A DNA stretch of 62,231 bases, the filler included, from Choristocarpus tenellus KU-1152 (lineage: Eukaryota; Protista; Phaeophyceae), in assembly GCA_964200185.2 (NCBI GenBank). It is 10 parts of 10 records of this genome, joined end to end, with 100 filler letters (N's around TTAATTAATTAA, not from the genome) between each part and the next. Parts side by side here need not be neighbours in the genome. Positions count along the whole stretch, not along the records: positions 50,359 to 58,099 come from CAXNAD020005653.1; positions 58,200 to 62,231 come from CAXNAD020016581.1; 8 more parts are not named here. The stretch is one strand, 5' to 3'. Positions 53,301 to 62,231 of the stretch are shown piece by piece (position 1 is the stretch's first letter; each line of letters opens with the position of its first letter). Under the pieces are notes generated by a model, which was given only the letters and a program-made list of their open reading frames with translations, was not told the DNA's origin and made no database searches. Position numbers and translations under genes: made by a program.

Positions 53301-55405
53301 AGCAGCAGCAGTCCAGTACCACCCAAGCCTACTCATCAACCAAATGAAACATTATGGCCCAGTTTCATATGAGAAGGATTTCAATACATTTCTAGAGGCG
53401 TTTTTTTTTTTTTAAATGTGCTACAATGCTGGCTTTTAAAACACTCTCCATACCCACACAAAGTTTGCACAAAAAACGTGTAAAATGTACATGGATGTAT
53501 GGTACTTCACATAGCCCCTTTCAGTCAACAGGGACTCTGTAGGGACCAAGAAGACCTGGAATTATCTTCTGATACCATGACAATTCAAATCATACTCACG
53601 GGTTGTGGCCACTGAAACATCTTACTTAACCAGACCATTTTCTAGTCTGCTTAAGCACTACACTGCAAAGTCATTTGTCTCAACATAACCTCTTCAAATC
53701 AAGCACTTCATGGATCACACGCAATCAGTTTCCTGGGTATCAACTGCACAGCACCTGTCCACAGACTCATTCAGAATGTTGTCCATCAGTTTCGGAAGAT
53801 GTATCAGTGGAATGACATCATCTAAAAAAAAAAACAAACACCGCTACCATTCTCATACATGAACAAAAATACACATTAACAATAATATACATTAACAATA
53901 ATACACATTAACAATAATATCTTTACTATCATTGGGAACAGAGCTATTATTTTTTACTCAACAGAGCAAGGAACGTTGTTGCCAAGCACCAATAAGACAT
54001 TTATTTATTGTCAATAAAAACAAAAATACAATGGTGGTAGAAAGGCTCTCACACACACTACAATAATAATAAAAATGTGTAACTATCTCTATCTCTCTCT
54101 CAATATATATATAATACATATTTGAGGTGTCTGTTGTTCACCTGTCAAGGCCTGAATGTTATGAGAGGAGGCGTTTCCATCCATGCTCATTCCCAGTAGC
54201 ATTGCCAAGTTCTTGATCGTTTTTAATACAACAAAAAATAGCACACCAAAAAAATAAAAAATAAAAACATGACAGAAAAAAATAACACAAAATTGGGAAA
54301 GAGAAGCGTATGCCATTTTTCAGTGGATTAAAAAACAGCATATATATATATATACATATGCATTCCCCCTTGCTCTATTACATGATAATTTAAACAATCT
54401 AGAAGGGAATAAAATTATCACCACTACTTACAAAATAACTGAAAAAAAAAATCTTCTGAAAAGGAGTGGTCATAGGTAGGGCCAGTTTTCGGCTATTCCC
54501 ATCCCAAAACTAGAAATATAACTCAATTCTCAAAATCTACTGTCAAGCAACTAATGCAAGCAAAACACACGTACATACAATAAGGGGGAGTGCCTGTGTG
54601 GAGGGTTTGTCATGAAAGAGCGGCGTGTGTTTCTTGGCCTTTTGTGAGAGGAGAGTGACGTGTGCTGTGGCGCTACAGGAGGATGAGTGTGGTCCGTGGC
54701 TATGGAGTGGGAGAGTCGGTTGTTGTGGTCATGGCGTAGTTGTTGTGGTATAGGAGCTTCAACGATAGATGATGATAGATGATTGATGATTTCACCACGA
54801 AAAAAAAAGTAGACAAAAATACTAAAAAAGTTCATTTTGTTTGACACTCTTGATTACTCTTGATTATCATCCTCCAAAACAAAATAAATCCACCTTACTT
54901 ATCACACCTCAAGTTCACTACACACACAAGTTCCCAGGTTTATAAGGCCACCCCACTCCGATTTACTATTAACTGTGCAATACCTTCTGCTTACATTTCT
55001 ATTTTCAAGGTAAGGCTTAGGGTTGAGGTTAGAGTAATACACAGGAGTGGGGGTGCCCCCATCAACTTCCTCCATTAATGAAGAGGTTCCAAGGCCACCA
55101 TCTACTTCAAGAAACAGAAAAGAGCTGACAGGGTCCATAAATAAGGGGGAGGGGGGGGGAACTGTTACATTGTACACACTTGCTAGGTGTTGTCTACAAG
55201 TTGAACTCCTACATGGTTTTATTCACGTACTAATTCTATGCTTGACAGAATTTGGTTCCAATGTTGTTCAAACAAACAAAAAAAACTACAAAATAATAAT
55301 AATAATAATACAATGAGTACGCACTCACTCAGGTGCTACACACTTTGTTCATTTCCCTCCACAGTTGAAACAATACATGCACACAGTAGTAGATTTTTCA
55401 AAAAT

Positions 55406-55443
<38 letters not shown>

Positions 55444-56730
55444 CGGGATCTGTATCAAATAAAAAAAATGTCAAGCACGGTACTAGTACTCCAGTTGAGG
55501 TGCTCTTCGCCACAGAAATCCAGGTAATGCACTCAAGGTTCCATACACCAGGTACAACAGTACTCAAGATAGTACTCAAGATACCACACCCCAGGTATCT
55601 GGTAACAGACCCCGGGTACTACACTCAAAGCACGGTCTCCCAGGTACAACCCTCAAGTAGTATATTCTATTGTATGTACAGTACAGCAGACCTATCTTGT
55701 ATCTTGTATGTATCTTGTATGTATATTGTATGCATCTTGTATTTATTTTTATTTTTTTCCCACCTGCACACTGCGGCTTCCGCTCATAGAGGCATTCATG
55801 GGAAGGGATGTCAGGCTCTGAGCTGTGGGCACGGGGCCAACCTCCATGCTGAATGCTGCCAAGTTATTGGAGGATGCTGATCCTACTTCACACATTGCCT
55901 CTGATGTGATCCTCACCGGAGAGGTATTAAGATTACTGCTGCCTCCATCCTATGAGGATCAAATGAAAAAAAATATCAGATGTAGGTATGGTAAGACCAA
56001 GGACTAGTACTTCGTGACACTTGAAAGTACTTGGAGTATTACATCTATTCTCAACAAGTATTACATCTATTCTCAAAAAGTATTACATCTATTCTCAACA
56101 AGTATTACATCTATTCTCAACAAGTATTACATCTATTCTCAACAAGTATTACATCTATTCTCAACAAGTATTACATCTATTCTCAATAAGTATTACATCT
56201 ATTCTCAAAAAGTATTACATCTATTCTCAACAAGTATTACATCTATTCTCAATAAGTATTACATCTATTCTCAACAAGTATTACATCTATTCTCAATAAT
56301 CCAGAGCATTGACTTTCCAAGATAAGATGATTGATAGATAGATGTAACTGCCATAAGAACAAAACATGCACACACACACATACACACACACAATGTGAAC
56401 ACAAAAGATAAGATAACATACACACACACATATATTTACACCAAAGTCTACTTCAGATATTTTTCAAGTATGTTTTCTATGTTTTTTTAAAAGACAAAAA
56501 TCTTTCCAACAATGTTTTTATAAGACAGCCAAGCCGCTGTCCACCCCCCCTTCACTCCTCACATGTCCCTGCTCTTGCACTTCCTCCACTGGATGCTCTT
56601 GTTGCCCCTCTGCTGGTCCTAATCCTGGCACTTGTCCTTGTACTGGTCCAGGTACAGTCCCAGGTACATTTCCAGGTACAGGTCCTTGCTGCTTGCTAGC
56701 GCCGGAGAGTTGGTTCTGTTGATCTCGATG
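50359..56730 (-). CDS. Low-complexity Gly/Ser/Gln/Pro-rich protein, internal exons only, family unknown
   Basis: Phase-consistent exons 56730-56563, 54211-54142, 53145-53030, 52454-52131, 50698-50359. Short motifs GSFGSISDLQSW and TTSAEDFLSLLQ. Additional exons are possible. Confidence 0.65.
56035..56298. repeat. Minisatellite, 12 x 22 bp AGTATTACATCTATTCTCAA(C/A/T)A
   Basis: Counted directly; no spacers. Confidence 0.97.
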
Positions 56731-57393
56731 CTGGAAGGCGTACACACATGTAACATATATACATACAATAAGAAAACGAACAAAAAATGAAAGTGCAAAC
56801 ACACTGTACACATACAGGTACATTTTTTTTTTAAATAAGTACATGTAGTAACATAAATACGCACTCATACTCCAAATGTGTGTGTGGAGGTGTGGAGGGA
56901 TACAGAGAATGGATCGACTGACCCTGAGTGGATACGCCTTCCAAGTACCATGATGAGGTACAGAGAAAAATATTGCAGATCCCACTACATCACTGCATCC
57001 CTATAGATTTGCCAAAACAAACTAACCCTAACCCTAACCAGAAGCAGTAAAAAAAAGAAACAGCTGAGCACAAATCACCCCTCAAACAAAACAACGAGTC
57101 ACTAACCCCTGCAAAGGGAGTGGGAGATAGACCAATCCGCCATGTAACCCTAACCCTAAGAAAAAAGGTACAAGGGGGTACTGACAGGACAGCCAGGAGC
57201 CAAAAAATAAACAAAACCTTCTGGGATCAAGTGTTCTCGTTCCTACACTTGACCTGAAGCCCCTATCCACTTTTACCTTCCCCCTGCCCCTCACGAAGTT
57301 GACCTTATTCAACTCACCAACACGTGCGGGGGTATTGATATTGATATTGATATTGCAAATCTGCCCCCCCCCCAAACAACCCAAAATCATATT

Positions 57394-57424
<31 letters not shown>

Positions 57425-58364
57425 GCCAAAAACTAACAGCAATAAAAAAACAAAAAATAACAGACTCTCCGATTCACATTTCAACTATTATTTTTTTCTG
57501 TTTTGGACATGTACAATGAGATACTCAAAAACAAAAAAATATTAAGAGCACTCCATCGTCATATGCCTCTTTTTAGGAAAGATAATGTACACTAGGAGAC
57601 CCTCTGGGGGGGAGGGGGGTGAGGGTATTCACCAGTACCAGTAGAAAACCAGCACACCTTCACACCAAAAATAAAAATATGTTTTTCTTAAAAAAAGATT
57701 TGAAAAAAAGTTTTCTAAAAAGGTAAAAATAAAAATAAAAATCCTTTTTATAAAAAGGAAAAATGGACTGAGAGAGAGTCCCGTTAGTACAAATTTTGGC
57801 CGTTTCGAGTTCATTGTAATAATAATAATAATAGAGTTATTAACTTAGGTCTTTAACAAGAAGAGGATGTTAAAAGAAAACAAGGGTGCCAACAAGGACA
57901 ACTTGCTGTCGCCAAAAAACAACTGTTGAAAAGTACTCACAAAATAGACAAAAATACACTCCAAAGTTGTGCACCATCTGTGCCAAAAAATGTATGGCAA
58001 CTAAAGGGAAGAAGGGCCCTCAAAACTCAAATGCTTGAGTTTAACTTTGATTCAAAACAGACCCGTCAGTCAAGCTCTTTTTTTTTGGGGGGGGGGGGGN
58101 NNNNNNNNNNNNNNNNNNNNNNNNNNNNNNNNNNNNNNNNNNNTTAATTAATTAANNNNNNNNNNNNNNNNNNNNNNNNNNNNNNNNNNNNNNNNNNNNC
58201 ATGTAACGTCCCAAGTGCAGAGCAGTTTTGCAACAATCAATGAGGCGGTGCCGATAAATACGCTGACAGCATATTTGACAATTGAGGGGCGCATGGTGAC
58301 GTAAGGGTGCACAGGAGATACGGAAAAGGCAAAAAAAGAGAACCGCTGCAACTGCACCATTTAC

Positions 58365-60690
58365 CAACCTTTGGAGCTCTGGTGTCCACTTCTCCTTGGG
58401 CACAATCTGCCTGGTGCGCGAGATAAGCATCTCGGATATGTGCGCGTCCGATTCGATCTTCTTGTAGTCCCTTGCCGTAGGAGACTTCCCGTTGAACGAC
58501 TTGTACCTGCAAAAAAAGAGAATGGCAATGAAGGACGTCAACGAGAACGATGCGCAGGTAGTGATGAGTAGAGGGTCGCCACTGCAGAAAATAGTCTATG
58601 GAACGATTGTCGTAGTTCAGAAAAGACAAGAGCACACATACACAGGAAATACACACTGCAGGTAGTATTTCCACAGTACTACGAACGGTTTGTCGTTTGA
58701 TACAACAATGGCCGACTACATTCTTCATCGTAGGAGACACTTATAGAACGTTCCTGTACAAGGTGCTACGTCCGGCACACATGTCGCTTACTGCTCTCTA
58801 CACGATAAAACACAGTGGCGGTTTGACTTGCCTCGCAAGCAGACGGATGCATAGCCCCTGCTTGAGAGAAATGAAGCCGGCAAATTCCTCGCAACTCAGA
58901 TAGCTCAGTGTGACCACGTTGCAGTCGATCTGTGGTGACAAGGTCTCACACACTTCCTTCATTACCTCGAAGGACTCTGGTCGAAGGGACTTTACGTCTT
59001 CCTGCCAGTTTCGTAGAGTTGTTTTCGGCGGGGGAGGAACGTCCACCTTCGCGATTGGGGGAAAATGAAAAATATTATGCACCCAGACAGCCAGGATGAG
59101 GCATCGTTATTACCACGCCAACGAGGTATGTATGAGTGTGAGGGGGGTGTTTTTCAGCAGCCTGGTTCAACGATAAAACAAACAAGAACTCTTTTGATTT
59201 CTCGTGTGTATACAACACAGACACAGCATGTGGTTGCCCAGGAAGGAGAGGGTTTGGTTCGCAAAATGACGCATCGTATGTTTATTAATTCAGGCAACAC
59301 TGCAACGGCCCGGGCAAGGAGTGGACCTTACCCGGGGGGGGGGGGGGGGAGACGGTATGATATTCAGCGGCCTGGCCTACCTAGTGCTGAAAGAAAATAC
59401 TGTTCACTTTGTCTGAGATTTACCACACACACATACTACATGGTCACCTGAAAATCAATAATTTGGTTGACAGGGTTGCTAAACGCGGGACGACTATCTC
59501 AACTTAGGTTGAATAGGAGGACGCAGAGAGATTTCACAACAGCTGTAACCCAACAAGAGGAGGAGTAGAGCGCCACCATTCCACCATTGTTGACAACTCC
59601 TCACCATTTTGTACATTTTGCGGATCTCTGCTAGTGACACTTCTTTTTTCTTCGTCTGTTGCTTGATAGCTTCTTCGAGCTTGTGCTGAAAACATACCTT
59701 ATCGTACAGTGTGCACTCAATCACACTCTCGGCCGCGCCGTTCAATGCTATAAGCGTAGCGGTGCAGTGGGCGCATGGGGCAAGGGGTAGGTGGGAAGCA
59801 GTCGCTGGACACAAGCGGCAGGCACTAGTGAGCAACATGTTGCTGTTGACAGAAAGACCACGAGGGATAAAAAAGATCAACAACGGACTGACTGATGATA
59901 AATCAAGAGCCAAAGTATCTTAGAGGGTAAGGCCTCGTCCATTTGGAGTCAAAATCCGATGTTGTGATTTTGACGTAATTTTGGCTATCTTGTTTGTTGG
60001 GAAGTGTCAATATCCTTGTTCTGGACACACATTTCATGACTTACACATTTTACCTGCTTCGAAACATTTTGGAGTAGGAAAATGTCATAAAAACACGCCA
60101 TGGGAAGTCAAGCCCCAAATGGACAAACAGGGCAACACTCGTACCCTCTAAGATACTTTCACTCTCAAGAAAGGAAACACGGCAACAACTTGGTAGATCA
60201 GAAGAGTCATCAGGCGATCATGGAACATCGACAACACTCCATATCACAAACCGTTGGCAATTAGGCTCTCTTCTGCTTGGTTGAACTCCATATAGACCCG
60301 CATCATGAAAGCGCGTTCGGGATGAAACTCTCTCTTCAGCACTGTTATTCTATGGTTTCCGTCCAGTGTTCGTCCTTGAATGGCAAGCGCAGTTTCGGCA
60401 GTGAGCTGGTCTCAGATGCCTAAGCAGTCTCGTTGGATGACGATGTACCGAGCAAACTGCTCCAGCCAGCCTTTTTCACAGATGGACTTGCTGACACGCG
60501 CAAGCCCACGCTCACTCAGGGGACGCACCATCTCCATGCATGTGATTTTGCCGAGTTTCATCTGGTACGTGCCGAGGTAGTGATGTTCTAGGAGCGAGGA
60601 CATGCCCTTGACATTGCTGTACCACGCTCTCAATCCGTGGGCAGCGCCATCGGCGTGCAGGGGGGTCATTGCTGAGTGAATGTTGGACAT
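58365..60690 (-). pseudogene. Spliced ParB/Sulfiredoxin-like domain + HTH gene with one in-frame TGA; 3' end lost in gap
   Basis: Exons 60690-60252, 59747-59605, 59046-58832 (GC donor AG|GCAAGT), 58506-58365, all phase-consistent. VRPLSERGLARVSKSICEKGWL...TLDGNHRITVL...LIANALN...TLYDK resembles the ParB N-domain; SLAEIRKMY...KTTLRNWQ resembles an HTH. TGA at 60412-60414. Confidence 0.75.
59907..60164. mobile_element. MITE family A inserted in intron 1 of the ParB-like gene
   Basis: GAGCCAAAGTATCTTAGAGGGTA ... TACCCTCTAAGATACTTTCACTC; perfect TCAA TSD. Confidence 0.93.
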
Positions 60691-60849
60691 GGCGAAGATT
60701 GGGAGGGTGTGACGGGGATAGATAAGTAAGAGGTGCTGGTGGTATGTACGGAAGGGAAGGAATGGAAATGAGGAGTGAGGGCTGTGTTGTGCTGCTTTAT
60801 TTCATCTGGTCAGTCGGTCCCCAAAGAACTCAGATTCTCTTTCCGTTCA

Positions 60850-61625
60850 TAATTGTGTTACAAAAATACGAATATCGAACATCATACGATTTCATATTTA
60901 AAAGATATAGAGAGTATCAGCTTTTTGTTACATTTTCGTTTCGGTACGTTTCGAACGTATTAGATAAATGAAGTATTTGGTCTGTGTTTTTATTTGTTGA
61001 TATTAAGAATAGAATATTTTTATTATTTCGTAAAACCCTAAAGCACGTGTTTTGGCTGTTCAATGGTTTCGGGTGACCCGAAACTCAAGTACTGCTTTTT
61101 GTCGACTCAAGGGTTTTGAAAAATTCTGAAGTCGACAAAAAGCGGTTTTAGTATTTAAATAAATTGTAGGGTATTAGTTGAAAGTGACCTTTTAGTTTCG
61201 GAACATTGGAAACGTTTGAGACGTATAAAGTACGTGCTTTGTATTTTTTTAAATTGTAAGAACGGTTATAATCGGATTTACTATTTGTAAAAATCCTAAT
61301 GCACGTGTTTTGGCGGTCGAAGGGTTTCGGGTGATCGGACGGATCACCCGAGACTCAACAGCCGCTTTTTGTCGACTCTAGTATTTTTAGAAATACAAAT
61401 GTCGAACAATATAAGATTTTGTATTTAAAACAATCAGAGTTTTTTTTTTTACCTTTTGGTCTAGTAACATTGGAAACATACAAGATCAATGAAGTATGTG
61501 CTTTGTATTTAAAAAAAATGGAAGTACAGATATAATCGGATTTACAACTTCTAAAAACCATAATGCACATATTTGCCGGATCATGGATCTCAGGGTGTTC
61601 CGACGGATCGCCCGAAGCTCGAATA
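60850..61625. repeat. About 3 diverged ~260-bp tandem repeats carrying palindromes
   Basis: Anchor TAA(A/T)GCAC at 61043, 61301 and 61565 (periods 258 and 264). Shared blocks ACCTTTT, AACATTGGAAAC, GTGCTTTGTATTT, TATAATCGGATTTAC, GCTTTTTGTCGACTC. Confidence 0.85.
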
Positions 61626-61705
61626 TCGTTCATGCGCCCGGCTTCAAATTCAATTCACTCCTAGACCTTCTCACTGCCCAAGACGGCCTGTTGCCCGAAA
61701 ACACC

Positions 61706-62182
61706 ATGACAGTTGCTCCCACAGCAAGGGGGTGGCTTTTGTCACCTGCACCGCCCCCTGTGTTGCCCCCTCATCAGCCCGCCAACAATGATGTGCTGGA
61801 GCATTCTACCAACGACGCTTCAGCGACCGGACGCCAAGCTTCGCCGAGGATGGGCTCAACCCATCCCGGTCAACGAACAGGGTGACTGCTGCAAGCGCCT
61901 AGCCTGTGTGAAGAAGTTCGCGGCAGATAGCGAGTCCTTCCTTGCCCGCATGTTGGTCAAAGAGCAGGACATCATCCGGGCGTGTGAGAACCACCGCGAT
62001 CGCAAGCACTTCGTTGGTGACCGTGTACCTGTCATTAAGTTGGGACCAGGAGGCAGATCTATGCTCAGGGTCGGCATTCCCGTTTGTACGCAGGTTTTCA
62101 AGGCATCGTTCGGAATATCCAATCTTGTCATCGACGCTTGCAAAGGTACACCTAACGCTAGAGCATCCTCCGGCGTGGAGAG
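61706..62182 (+). pseudogene. First exon of a probable DNA-transposon protein (Sola/DUF7869-like Cys-rich N-terminus), probably frameshifted
   Basis: CACCATG at 61706 opens a Pro-rich frame; the overlapping frame gives DCCKRLACVKKF...VCTQVFKASFGIS; donor AG|GTGGGT at 62182. The family call is from motif recollection, and the catalytic domain would lie outside the window. Confidence 0.5.
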
Positions 62183-62231
62183 GTGGGTTTGATGTATGTA
62201 CACAGTGGTATCTGTACCCGTTATATTTTCC

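Noticed and set aside
56035-56298. Possible CRISPR array or repeat-protein ORFs (56014-56325, 56021-56299)
   Set aside because: No spacers and no cas genes; the ORFs are a by-product of a 22-bp unit.
47497-57160. Short CCCTAA tracts suggesting a telomere
   Set aside because: Only two or three units at scattered internal sites.
7899-58199. Recurrent TTAATTAATTAA palindrome
   Set aside because: Always centred in Ns with identical geometry; an assembly linker, not biology.
60412-60414. Selenocysteine or readthrough at the in-frame TGA
   Set aside because: Not a Cys-type catalytic position and no SECIS is visible; a nonsense mutation is simpler, and the neighbouring ORF also looks disrupted.

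Overview
Eukaryotic, intron-rich and repeat-rich DNA, most consistent with a brown alga or related stramenopile (inferred from GT-AG multi-exon genes, a ROCO-type gene, a plastid-type presequence and scattered CCCTAA tracts). Ten segments are joined by artificial N44-TTAATTAATTAA-N44 spacers, so adjacency across spacers is not proven. Genes I could reconstruct: a tandem two-domain dCTP pyrophosphatase (-), a probable plastid coiled-coil protein (+), PDAP1 with a C-terminal SAP domain (+), a disrupted ROC-COR-2TM gene (+), a multi-pass membrane protein (+), a MYND-finger gene (+) and a low-complexity protein (-). Mobile DNA: about 15 copies of a ~258-bp MITE with 4-bp TSDs and GAG...CTC ends (Sola-like), a second MITE family sharing the same end motifs, a decayed mariner, and CRE-like LINE fragments. 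The best candidate for a new system is the last contig (58.2-62.2 kb). It holds a spliced ParB/Srx + HTH gene, head-to-head with a Cys-rich Sola/DUF7869-like ORF, separated by about three ~260-bp palindrome-bearing repeats. The MITE ends are bipartite with short/long spacers (7 vs 17 bp). All family calls rest on manual translation and motif recognition; no database searches were run.
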